A DNA stretch of 63,555 bases, counting the filler, from Lenisia limosa (lineage: Eukaryota > Protista > Breviatea), in assembly GCA_001655205.1 (NCBI GenBank). It is 14 parts of 14 records of this genome, joined end to end, with 100 filler letters (N's around TTAATTAATTAA, not from the genome) between each part and the next. Parts side by side here need not be neighbours in the genome. Positions count along the whole stretch, not along the records: positions 1 to 5,210 come from LPNZ01004229.1; positions 5,311 to 6,838 come from LPNZ01001446.1; positions 6,939 to 8,489 come from LPNZ01000059.1; positions 8,590 to 21,934 come from LPNZ01006197.1; 10 more parts are not named here. One strand, written 5' to 3'. Shown piece after piece: positions 1-11,600 of the stretch. The position numbers were made by a program, and so were the translations under genes. Position 1 is the first letter of the stretch. Each line of letters starts with the position of its first letter. The notes under the pieces were generated by a model that saw only the letters and a list, made by a program, of their open reading frames with translations, was not told where the DNA came from and did not search any database.

Positions 1-69
1 AGCCCCCCCCCCCCCACAACAAAATAAAATAACATAATATAACACCAGTACTACTCCCCTCCCTTACAG

Positions 70-162
70 TTTTTCAAAGATCATGCCAAAAAACAGGCCG
101 TCCCGAAATTCGACCAGAGATGAAGGCAGAGCGGAGAGCTCACCGACCTTGGCAGCCTGCAG
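70..162 (+). CDS. Isolated internal exon, unknown protein
   Basis: ttacag acceptor and gtgag donor flank a GC-richer 93-nt segment; reading frame not determined. Confidence 0.35.
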
Positions 163-440
163 GTGAGAATAAAATAGCAAAATAAGGGATGATACAAATA
201 ATGTTAATAAAAGAAGAGAAAATCAGAGCTTCTCTCTTGTTCAACAAGTTGTGAATAAAAGAAGAGGGTAAGGTTGGGAAGAAAATAAACGAAAATAAAT
301 ACTATATTAAAAGTTGAGAATGAAAGAGTAGAGAGAGAGAAGTGCTGGAAATGAGAATTAAAGAAGAGAGAATAGTTTCAATTCCTTATTTCAAACAAAA
401 AACAATCTATTCTATATTTACTGTGGCCTCATACCTTATA

Positions 441-529
441 AGCGTAATGATGAAGGCTTCGGCCAGATAACTTCTATTGAATTTGGTAATAGGAGTTATC
501 TGGACGAAGCCGCCCAAAACATCACGCTT
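441..529. mobile_element. MITE family D (terminal inverted repeat, TIR, ~TAAGCGTGATGATGTGGACGGCTTCGGCCAGATAAC), complete copy
   Basis: taagcgtaatgatgaaggcttcggccagataac ... gttatctggacgaagccgcccaaaacatcacgctta form imperfect inverted repeats; single-arm copies near 1345, 7345, 15930, 17280, 35580, 37550, 51055, 52548. Confidence 0.7.
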
Positions 530-861
530 ATTCTATTAAATAAAGAAGGACAGATATATATGACAATAGGGAGAAAAGAATAGGGGTCCATTGAGATATT
601 ATTTCCCAAATGTGAAATTCCAATCTCAGTTTCAAGTTAAAGCCCTTGGAAGAGTAAAAAAAAAAAAAAAATCTGAATGCACCACCCCTCTTAATCATCT
701 ATTTAACACGTTCATATAAAAATTTAACACCTTAATCATCTCTTTTAAACCCCCACTATGAACTTATCTTTCCTTGATTTCTGTTTTATATTATTTCTTT
801 TGTTTCAAAAAAAAACTTTTCATCACCCCCCTACCCATTCCAGAAGGCTTCCGATATCCCT

Positions 862-1090
862 ATAACAGTGAGAGGGTAAAATGAAGGAAATTTTATGAAA
901 CAAAAAAAAAAGCCCAAAACAACTCTGTTGGCTGACAACACACGAGGTTTGAGAATAACAAAACAAACAAAGCCCGGTCAGTCGCTTCTGCAGCTGCGCA
1001 TCAATGAGAGGGGGAGTGAAACGAAGGAATTTTGATGAAGAATATTGGCGTAAAGGCACTAAACGAAAACAAAAATAATCTGAAAATCAT
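862..1090 (-). repeat. Family C acceptor-associated repeat (C2 then C1 subunits in tandem)
   Basis: Matches copies at 13921, 27755, 36045, 43795 (C1) and 6519, 36260 (C2); ends just before a ttatag acceptor of a short minus-strand exon (~835-860). Confidence 0.75.
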
Positions 1091-2379
1091 AAGATAGCAT
1101 ACTCAATACAGTGAATATTTATATCTATACATCTTTACACGCACACATTCCACATATGATATATGCTATATACACAAGAAAAGCCCCTTGGCCGTAATGG
1201 CGCCATGCCCATATTATAAGTATATTATTGATATAAATATATAATTATATATATATATACTGGGAAGGCACACAGAAAGCTGTGAATTGTCAGACAAATG
1301 ATCCGGGTGTATTAATATTATACTACAACCCAATATCTCTTAGAAGCGTGATGATGTGGACGGCTTCGGCCANNNNNNNNNNNNNNNNNNNNNNNNNNNN
1401 NNNNNNNNNNNNNNNNNNNNNNNNNNNNNNNNNNNNNNNNNNNNNNNNNNNNNNNNNNNNNNNNNNCCTGAAATATAAATATAATCCCTGACCCTTATAA
1501 CACATAATACATACAGGAGGCAGTTACAGCGTACATTGTTATCTAAGACAATCGGAGGACTCAACAGGCAAAAAGTCAAAGGAAACTGTCAAAGATAACT
1601 GTTCAGGACAGCAAAGAGGGGAACTCGGACAAAGCTGCCAATAACAAGATGTAGACAAATTAAAGAAGATAATTCAAGCGGAAGAGGCTATAAACTGGGA
1701 GAAAAGGGCATTAAAGGTCTGAACCAGGTCACTCGTTCCCCTAGATTCTGGACTATTAAAATGTCGAGATGATTTTCTATCTTTTCTATCTCTCCATTAC
1801 ATTAAAATATTATAATTGTGTATAGTAGTGTATAAAATAAGTAACTAAGGATTTAAAATTGATTAGAAAGGAGTCAACAAGAACCTCCGATAGGACTCCC
1901 TCTTCCAGGCCCTTCTCGACTATTATTTTGTCAATTTGAAGCTCTTGAAGACTATCAGACGAGCAAAAACGAGAAATACCCTCACGAAATGAATCATACT
2001 CAGGTTTTCTCAACTCTAAGCTTGGCATTCCTACTGTGGTGCGTGTCTTCCACTCTTTCCAGTGAGTTTTCTTGACATAGATAGTATAGAAACACCAAGA
2101 ATATCAACACTCCGTGTTTCTGAGCTTCAATATTTACAAATGGACACACGTATGATTATTAACTGGCAATACTCTGAAAGACTCGGGATGAACCCTCACG
2201 TATGTTTTTTCATAATTTCGACTCAAAAGTCGTCATATGATTGTGTCATATGCTCAAATATTCCAGATAATGTTTTATCAGCGTTCATGTGTGTGTTGTT
2301 GTTTTCAACCCTGATTTTGGGCTCTTTTTTTTTTTTTTATCTGTTTCATTAGATTTTCTATTTCAACCTCCCCTCCTAG

Positions 2380-5052
2380 TTTCCCGCACATCTGGTGATG
2401 AAGTGTTTGTGCAGGAGGATATCATCTTTGGTGGAGCTTTTTCGGTAGGATTATTAATCTGATAACGTATCAAGTGTTTTCTAACTTTTTAGGCTCCTGG
2501 TTTCTCCAGTATTATTTCCAAGGTTGGGGGNNNNNNNNNNNNNNNNNNNNNNNNNNNNNNNNNNNNNNNNNNNNNNNNNNNNNNNNNNNNNNNNNNNNNN
2601 NNNNNNNNNNNNNNNNNNNNNNNNNNNNNNNNNNNNNNNNNNNNNNNNNNNNCTTTAATACTACCATTTTGAAAGATTTATCCCATTATTGAGTGTGACA
2701 ATTACTTTAATACCATAATTTTGAAGAGTTTATCCCTTGTAATCCCCGTTATAGGATGTCACAGCTCTTTTCTCCCTTTTAAAGCAAGGTTTCAAATAGA
2801 GTTGTCTCGAATAGCAGTTTAATTATCGAAGCATAAGCCTTCCTAGAGTGATTTATGTACATATTATATTATTCTATATTGATAATGACTCTTAAGTCGA
2901 TTTTGAGAAAGAAGAGACAAAAGTGGTGTGATTCCTTCGGATACCCAAGGCAACTTTCCCATTTGAAACCTTGCTTTAGACTTTGTATTCCGACGTCACC
3001 ATGGCATTAACTCTCGATGTCTGTATTGCCTAGATACTTTCCTACCTTCTTACATGGTATATATAATAAAAAATATGATAGACTGATATAGCTATATGGA
3101 TATATCGTCATTTTTTTGGTTATTTTAATACCATAATTTTGACAGATTAATTTTAATCCGCCATTTCATCACTCTTTTAATTCGCCATTTCATCACTCTT
3201 TTAATCCGCCATTTCATAACTCTTTTAATCCGCCATTTCATCACTCTTTTAATCCGCCATTTCATCACTCTTTTAATCCCAACTATAGGATGTTAGCATG
3301 GCGTTTACCCTCGACGACTGCATAGCTGAGATGCAGGCAAAAACAGCTGTCAGTGGTGCGGCCAAAGAATGCATTCTTCCCGCCGGTGATCATGTGTAGG
3401 TCTCAAAAAATGTCATATCGATATGTAATAATACATGTATAGCTATATATATCGATAATATACTATGATATGTATTATGATATATCATATGACATTATAA
3501 TCTATGATATGTACATATCGATATGTATGTATGTCTATCAATATATGACAGTCAATAACTTATTTGATTCCCCAAACCCGGCCAGATACAACCATATTAT
3601 TTATTTCGCTTTATATTCCCCAAACCCCGAGATATTCCCACGCGTTTTCAATTGCCTATTTTCATTTAACCATTTTTATTCCCGAAGGTTATCAGGAGCC
3701 TATCTCTTCAACGCTGGTACCATTCGCATCCGTGGCGCCTCCAAAGCTACTACAAATATATTGTGGGGAGGGTGTAAGCTTCCTTTATAGATAGCAATAA
3801 CGTTTGATATTTCAATAAAAATAATGCCATATAAATATATGATCGCATCCAAATAGCCCTTCTGAGGTCGCATAAAAAATTACCTCTTATTAGACCACAT
3901 AAAAGAATAACCCTTTTTTTAAGCTGCATAAACGAATAACCCTTTTGTAGGATGGAAAACACTCACGTGCCTGTCTTCAATGGTATGTTGGAGAGATATC
4001 GAGGATTTATGTATCTAGGGTTTATTTTGGCTGCATAGAAGGTTTATTCTTCCTAGTTATCTTAACACCCCACCCCCCACATACGCCCACTTCCCCCAGC
4101 CCAATAACCNNNNNNNNNNNNNNNNNNNNNNNNNNNNNNNNNNNNNNNNNNNNNNNNNNNNNNNNNNNNNNNNNNNNNNNNNNNNNNNNNNNNNNNNNNN
4201 NNNNNNNNNNNNNNNNNNNNNNNNNNNNNNNNNNNNNNNNNNNNNNNNNNNNNNNNNNNNNNNNNNNNNNNNNNNNNNNNNNNNNNNNNNNNNNNNNNNN
4301 NNNNNNNNNNNNNNNNNNNNNNNNNNNNNNNNNNNNNNNNNNNNNNNNNNNNNNNNNNNNNNNNNNNNNNNNNNNTGGCTCTTTCGCACCTTTACTTCGA
4401 GTCCGTTTCTATCCATGTTGGGGGGATAGTTATAAGTAGGGGTTCCCTCCGATCCAAAAAAAAAGATTGAATCTTTCAATAAATCCTCCATAAATATCGA
4501 TATTCAAATGGTCTTTTTTGGAGGTTTGTACACAAATTACCCGTTTTCTTTCAAAAGTGAATAGTATCATTCATGAAAGGAAACTCACTTGTTTAGGTTA
4601 TTAGTATGGGGTCTGCTGGCTACCCTTTTTCACTGAAAGATGGCGCGTCTATTAGCTTTGAGGTTTGAGCTTGGGAGTTGTTGTACTAAAAATTTCTTTG
4701 ATGAAGGCCCAATTCTACTAGGTCTTTGAATGAACCAAAGTGAAGCCCTCGTGATAGTTAATGCACATGTGAAAAATCATCATATACGTTGTGGTGTACA
4801 TAGAGTTGTTTTGGACTCTTAGAGCGTGGAAAGTGATACGTTTCATGGTATCCCTATGTAATATTCATTTGTTTCCCTAGATTTCTAATGTATACATTAT
4901 TTCTCTTGCTTTTAATAAAACACGTGTGAAAATGATCGAAACACACGATATATTGCCCCCCTTATCCTTCACAGGACTGCTTGATAGACTTCTCAGAACG
5001 GACAGTCGGTATAATTGCTGAAGCATCTCGATTCTCAATCCTCAATTCTGAA
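2380..5052 (+). CDS. Multi-exon gene fragment, unknown protein
   Basis: GT-AG exons encoding SRTSGDEVFVQEDIIFGGAFS, DVSMAFTLDDCIAEMQAKTAVSGAAKECILPAGDH, GSAGYPFSLKDGASISFE, DCLIDFSERTVGIIAEASRFSILNSE; no family recognised. Confidence 0.5.
2780..2978. mobile_element. Putative MITE with perfect 18-bp TIR
   Basis: taaagcaaggtttcaaat (2780-2797) and atttgaaaccttgcttta (2961-2978) are exact reverse complements. Confidence 0.55.
3151..3279. repeat. Intronic minisatellite, 24-bp unit, ~5 copies
   Basis: ttttaatccgccatttcatcactc repeated directly. Confidence 0.9.
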
Positions 5053-5254
5053 GTAAGGCGACTGACTGCCTCTTAACCGTAATCCTTATTCAACATCCCC
5101 CCTCGGTGCTGCAGAAGCAACTGGCCTGGGATTTGTTTGTTTTGTTGTAGAGATGGGATGCGGTGCTCCAGATGCTGGGCGTTTTTTTTGTTTTATTTTA
5201 TCAACCTTCGNNNNNNNNNNNNNNNNNNNNNNNNNNNNNNNNNNNNNNNNNNNN

Positions 5255-5266
5255 TTAATTAATTAA
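5255..5266. other. Artificial scaffold-join linker TTAATTAATTAA in a 100-nt N block (also near 6883, 8534, 21979, 28821, 34445, 38449, 42976, 47307, 48749, 57679, 59337, 60919)
   Basis: Identical 12-mer with stops in all six frames, centred in N-runs 13 times; genes break at these points. Confidence 0.95.
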
Positions 5267-5310
5267 NNNNNNNNNNNNNNNNNNNNNNNNNNNNNNNNNN
5301 NNNNNNNNNN

Positions 5311-6518
5311 AGGCCAGGCTGTAAGAGGGCTTTCGGGGTACGGGCGTGGATTTGTGTCACCATTCGTATTTGATGTCGCTTCAACCATACCTTGCCACCC
5401 CCACAATATTGATGTCGGGACTGTTTCTGTCGTTTCATGTTTCTCCTGAATTCGGTGATGGTTTTGCTCACTCTCCAACCACAAACTCATTCCTTTCACT
5501 GCCTTCGAACTTCGTGGACTGGGCCACAACTTATGGCGGGNNNNNNNNNNNNNNNNNNNNNNNNNNNNNNNNNNNNNNNNNNNNNNNNNNNNNNNNNNNN
5601 NNNNNNNNNNNNNNNNNNNNNNNNNNNNNNNNNNNNNNNNNNNNNNNNNNNNNNNNNNNNNNNNNNNNNNNNNNNNNNNAGAGAAAAATATGGTTTTCAC
5701 CTTAAATTTTGAGGCGCGCGCTGCTGGTTGACCCATTAAGGACGTTTATTTTAAAAAATATATTCCAAGCACTCCCTTGGAAGTGAATAAAGAATACTGT
5801 ACCCACCTTTGAAGAATAAATAGCAGAGGATAAGATTTGAAAGATAGGGTTGTAATCACCCTCACCTTTAGTAGCTGAAGCTAGGGGTGCTGGCTGGGAG
5901 ACCTGGAAGGTAATCAAAAGTAATCAAAGAAGAAACCACTAATAATATGTATGTTGAGATGAGATATAAGTAGGGTTTCACTTCGGTTAGAAATAGTCTG
6001 GTAAAATATCGATAGTTTTCGACGGTTTATCGAAAAATTCAGTCTTTGTTTTTTGAACCGTGTGAAGCCCTAGGTATAAGCATAATAAACAAGAAAGCTA
6101 TCTCACACAAATATATCTAGTGATCCCCTACGGTCCAAAAAACCCCAGGAAAATATCGATAGTGGCCGAGGATTTTTTCGAGAAATTCAGTCTTTTTTTG
6201 AACCGAAGTAAAACCCAAACCATCCACCACCCAGATCAAAGATCAACATGTTAACAGTATGGTTGTTGTTCTGAATATTGTCCAGCACTATGACTATCTC
6301 ATATAATGATTCTCTTAATTAACGCCATCGTATTTATTACCCATCCTCATAGATCAATATTTAATCGTTTATAGAACATATGATACAATATCATAATATC
6401 ACCCCCACGTTTTGATGCGCATGAGACGCCAATAATCGCGTGGCAGCTTCATGCCCCAAACTTCGCGCAAAATCCAGTGGCGTCTGCGCCTGCTGGTTTG
6501 GAATTTCAGTCGATAATC
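5311..6518 (-). CDS. Gene fragment with an ankyrin-like repeat
   Basis: Exon LSTEIPNQQAQTPLDFARSLGHEAATRLLASHAHQN (TPLxxA..GH motif) with ccctccag acceptor and gtgggg donor; further exons 5790-5905 and 5311-5540. Confidence 0.55.
5971..6072. mobile_element. hAT-type MITE family A
   Basis: TAGGGTTTCACTTCGGTT...AACCGTGTGAAGCCCTA; flanks gatataag/ggtataag (7/8 TSD match). Confidence 0.85.
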
Positions 6519-6605
6519 CTGGAGGGGGTAAACGAAGGAAATTTCGATGAAGAATATTGGCGTGAAGGTAATAATCACGAACCGAATAATCTGAAACTCC
6601 AAACA
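6519..6605 (-). repeat. Family C (C2) copy ending at the 3' splice site
   Basis: Minus strand reads ...gaaatttccttcgtttaccccctccag|exon. Confidence 0.75.
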
Positions 6606-6641
6606 AACTTCCAAGGTAAAAGGGTTTACTAATAATATACT

Positions 6642-6710
6642 TAAGGCTTCACTTCAGTTCGGGAAAATGTCGATAGTTTTCGAGGATTTTAGAACCGTAG
6701 TGAAGCCCTA
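6642..6710. mobile_element. hAT-type MITE family A, internally deleted
   Basis: taaggcttcacttc...gtagtgaagcccta with perfect 8-bp TSD aatatact/aatatact. Confidence 0.85.
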
Positions 6711-7061
6711 AATATACTGCATTTCTCGCCCCGATAATTATTTCCCATTTTTGCCGCCCCTCCTTTCCCCTCCTTTCACCAACCAAGGGAAATAAGGGTC
6801 TCAATAGCTTTGATCTGATTATTGGCTACTGCAACATGNNNNNNNNNNNNNNNNNNNNNNNNNNNNNNNNNNNNNNNNNNNNTTAATTAATTAANNNNNN
6901 NNNNNNNNNNNNNNNNNNNNNNNNNNNNNNNNNNNNNNGTCTCATTTGTACATAGCATACAGTTATTTAGTAGTAATAGTCTGTAAATATCATATTAGTA
7001 TATTTTATGCATACGAGATAGGAAAATCATAGTAGAAAATTCTATTTTCTTACCTCTCTAG

Positions 7062-8469
7062 AAGCTCTACGAGCCCGAATATCAATCGTAAGGGGTGTGC
7101 TTGTTTGTGAATCTTAGGGCTTCGCTCTGTTGAACATAACCGAATGTCTAGATAAATCATCGATATATTTCGATAGTTTAGCGATCTTTTTCTTACGGGA
7201 GTGAAGCCCTACTGAAATGAAAGATTACAAGTATCCCACTGATATGAAGATTGTGATATATTTGTCTACTGTAATAATAGTTGGAATGTGAAACCAAATA
7301 AATAATTCAATATTAACTAACTTATACTATAATCCAATATCTCTTATAAACGTAATGGTGTGGACGGCGTCGGCCGTATGCTACCTTGTTTTATGGTACT
7401 CCTTTGATATATTTTTCATTCCTGGATCTGAATTATTGATGAACTGTCGTGACAAATTCGGTCCTACTTGGACTGTTGTTGAACCCATAATAACAGAATG
7501 TAACGTCCAGGGAGTTTGTCCCCCAAGAGATGCCTTCGAACTTTATCCCAGCGTGCGAGGAGCACATTAATCGAATTGAACTGGCTGGAGTAGAACTTCA
7601 GCGGCCAACTACTCAACTTTACGGTAGGCAGTATTTGAAATTTCAATAATGCCTCGGTTGATTTTGGGCTTTTTTTGTTTCATATATTTTCCAATTTTAC
7701 TCTCCTCCCAACCGATGTATATAGGAAATATATTATATTATATATATATATCGATATGTATATATATTGAACTCTTGATAAACACAAGGACCCCCTATTA
7801 GGAAATAATTCCCGTTCAGGCAAGTTTACCGATGCCGAACGAATTGCCGTTCATCGTGGCGTTGTCAAACTTGTGGAGGTGTGGGGTTGTTCTTTTATTT
7901 GACATAATTTTTTGTATCAAAACATGTATATACTATATGATTTATTATTTACGGAATTAGGCTGACCTTGGCCGGCCTGTGACAACTCACGAGGCGGTCA
8001 TGCACTTCGGAAAGAAATGTCAAACTGGTTGGCTCGGTTTTACATACAAATTAGGACCCCATGTCATTAATTTGTTGAAGAAATTGGTTGACAAAATTTG
8101 AAAATAAGTGTCTGAAATTGAGTTCTCACTTCAAATTATTAATTTTTCAATGAATTGCACGCCCCACTACAAATTGACAATAGGCTTAGTTTGATATGCA
8201 AATGAACAATTGGCGTGGGTTAACGTACACATGATATGGAGAACTGTTACAAACAAATAGTATGGAGAATTGTTGACATACCAATGACATATGATTCGGG
8301 GAAATCTCAAATCGATTGGCTTGGTTTTACATACATGTACATATTACATGTACAACAAATGGACAATTGGGTTGGTTTGACTTAACAATTGATATAGGGA
8401 AATTGGAAGAAGCCGTATCTGTCATATTTTATAGTCTATTTAGTGAGTTAGCTATCTATACTGATGATG
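7062..8469 (+). CDS. Multi-exon gene fragment, unknown (one segment loosely Myb/TTF1-like)
   Basis: Phase-consistent exons EFVPQEMPSNFIPACEEHINRIELAGVELQRPTTQLY|GKFTDAERIAVHRGVVKLVE|ADLGRPVTTHEAVMHFGKKCQT. Confidence 0.6.
7116..7212. mobile_element. hAT-type MITE family A, diverged
   Basis: tagggcttcgctc...ggagtgaagcccta; TSD poorly conserved. Confidence 0.7.
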
Positions 8470-8660
8470 GTGGGGTGCCCCCCCCCCCCNNNNNNNNNNN
8501 NNNNNNNNNNNNNNNNNNNNNNNNNNNNNNNNNTTAATTAATTAANNNNNNNNNNNNNNNNNNNNNNNNNNNNNNNNNNNNNNNNNNNNCATAAAACTTC
8601 ATACGTCACTGTCATCACTAAATCAGTCATAAAACTTCATACGTCATTGCAAGCCGTGAC

Positions 8661-11600
8661 TTTGCGCTGTAAAGAGTCGATTTCGGTCTTCAAGGCTTCA
8701 GCCACTCCCGCATGCGCCGCCTGAAGGAATTAGGCCTGTATGAAATTCATTGAGTAATTCAGCAGAGGAAGTGAGCCACATTTCAGACACTTAAATTGCA
8801 AATTGTTCAGAATTCTTCAAAACAAAAATTGTATGGAGGCCGTAAAGATAATCTGAGTGCGAAAGACCGTGGAATATGCATATGCTATCACTTATCGAGG
8901 ATAGAAAACAGACTGCAATGTATCATGAATCATGTGTCATGTATAATGTATCATGTATAATAATATGAAATCCAGTCAAAAGTTCACCTTCTGTTCCTCT
9001 GACGCGGCTTTCTCTTCCTCCAAATCTAAAAATGTGACAACTGTAGAGATGGAAAAGGTGGTAGCTGGCCGAAGCCGTGTGACTAGAGAAATAGAAGGGA
9101 TAATGTGTCAAAAAACACTCATAATTGATAAAAACGGGTGTCATATATAAATATAAAGACATCCCTCTCTTACACTCCTTATTCCCTTCTCCAATCTTAG
9201 ATCTGAATCATCCCCCGCACACACACTTTTCATCCCCACTCCTCATAGTACGGTAATTTGTGTATGGTATCCCTAGGTATTTGTATGTTTTCCAAGATTT
9301 CTAATGTATATTATTTCTCTTGTCAAAACCCCCCACTTTTCATTGCGGCATCAGCCTCGGTGGAAAGCTCATTAGCTCTCTCCTGCACGTCCTCCAACTC
9401 CTCACGCAAACGTCTGGCCAGGGTCTGGGGGGTTAGAATTACTTTGTGAATTGGTTCTACATCATAGTGTGTGATCTTTTTTGAAAAAAATAAAACTGAA
9501 TATTCATCATCATACCTAACTTCATAAAAATATTTTCAACTAACCCACCAATGTGCGGGCTTCACTTCGTTTAAAAAAAACGGTAAAATATCGATAGTTT
9601 TCAGTATTTTTTCGAACTGAAGTGAAGCCCTACTAATCACTCACCTTCAATTTGACGTTTTTGTCTTCGAGGCGATCCAAGATCTCCCGATCAGGTCTAT
9701 AGGCCTCGTCACGACTCAGTTCTGGGGGAGGGTAAGGCAAAAGAGGGGGAACAAAGCAAAAGGGTTCTGTGCAATTAACTTGTTGAAGAAATTAATTGAC
9801 AAAATAAGAAAGCAAAGTGTCTGAAATGGGGTTCTGGTAGATAGAAAAATCGCCTCCTCCCACCCGCTGCCTTGACAAGTCGCTTCAATCGGACCGTTTC
9901 CTGTAAGTAGGTGTCTCGTTCTATCTCGATCTCGTGGAGTCTGGAGGGCGGGTCAATTGGGGTCAATTGGGAAAATTATTAAACAGAAAAGCCCAAAAAG
10001 TAAAATTGGAAAATTTATGAACAAAAAAAACTCCAAATCAATTCCGTTAGCTCAACAATTATCTCTAAACAGAAAAGCCCACATCAACACAAAAAGTAAA
10101 ATTGGAAAATTTATAACAAAAAAACTCCAAATCAACTCCGTTAGCTCAACAATAAAAGGCTGGAACAACAACAACAACAAAAAAAAAAAAAAAAAAAAAN
10201 NNNNNNNNNNNNNNNNNNNNNNNNNNNNNNNNNNNNNNNNNNNNNNNNNNNNNNNNNNNNNNNNNNNNNNNNNNNNNNNNNNNNNNNNNNNNNNNNNAGA
10301 GAGAAACAGAAGTTCAATCGCGGGAGTGGGTGAGAGCTGGCTAACTTAGGGCATTGCATCGGTGGTTGGCAAATGACGCTGTTATTTGTAAATCAAAACC
10401 ATGATTATTTGTGATAGGTAGTTATTGTGTATCATGAGGATGTAGTTCCGAATCGAGGGCTGACATCATCCAAAAAACGGAAAGATTTCTGATGAATTAT
10501 TTGAAAATGTGGAAAACAAAGAAATGACTGCCGAAATGTTCACTCTGTGCTTCTGATAATGTGCTTATGTCTGTTGCAAGGTTTGCTCGTTTTGTTCTTT
10601 TTAGTTGCTTTGAACTGTCTCAACCAAGACAACCACCCCGCTAACATCACCAAATTACCTCAGTCGGACTGACATCACCAAATTACCTCAGTCGGACTGA
10701 AATAGACTTGTTAGGAAATGTCACTATTTGAAGTCTTTTGTGCTCCTTCTATTCTCAGTTAAATACTGTGAGGAATGCTCTGGGTTTGGGGCTATGGGAT
10801 ATCTTCTTTTTTCAATATTATGTGTTTCCACATTTAAACCTCATAGCCACCACATAGAACAACTTTGATCAAACCGTTCTTCTTTCAATGTTTCATCCAT
10901 AAACAAAAATATATGCCAAGAGAAAGCCGGCAAGGTACGTAGCAAGGAAAATTTTCACTTTTCATTAACAAACCAACACTGAAAAGAATATTTAATTAAA
11001 AAAAAATATAAAAGAATTCCGTAAAAAATCTTCAAAACAGAGAGGCGTAAAGAAAGAGCTCATTTCAATCAAAACAATATTACAACAGTATCCATCCACC
11101 AACCTGACGTGACGGGCACTGTTTTTGGCGATTTGTACCTCGGAACCCTTTGTACGCAATTCGCGTTCCAAACTACGAACGCGCTCGCGCAGCTTGCTGA
11201 CAAGCTACAATGTTACATCTTGGGAACTCCCATGTTACGAAAAGTCAGGTACAATTTATCAAAAGTTATACAGAATTGCATTCTAGCTAGAACTTCACTT
11301 CGCTTCGAACAAAGACTGAATTTTCGATAAATCCTCGAAAACTATCGATATTTTCCTATTGTAGCCTCAAAATAAGATGGATAGGCTTTCTACTAAACTC
11401 TGAAAAGCTGATCAAAGAACCCCTTAATGGAATAAAACCCCCTTTACGGAATTCTCGGAGCGCATTTTGTCGAATTGTGAGCTCCCAGAAAAGTCGGAGT
11501 AGGACTGCGGGGGGGGGGGGNNNNNNNNNNNNNNNNNNNNNNNNNNNNNNNNNNNNNNNNNNNNNNNNNNNNNNNNNNNNNNNNNNNNNNNNNTAATTTG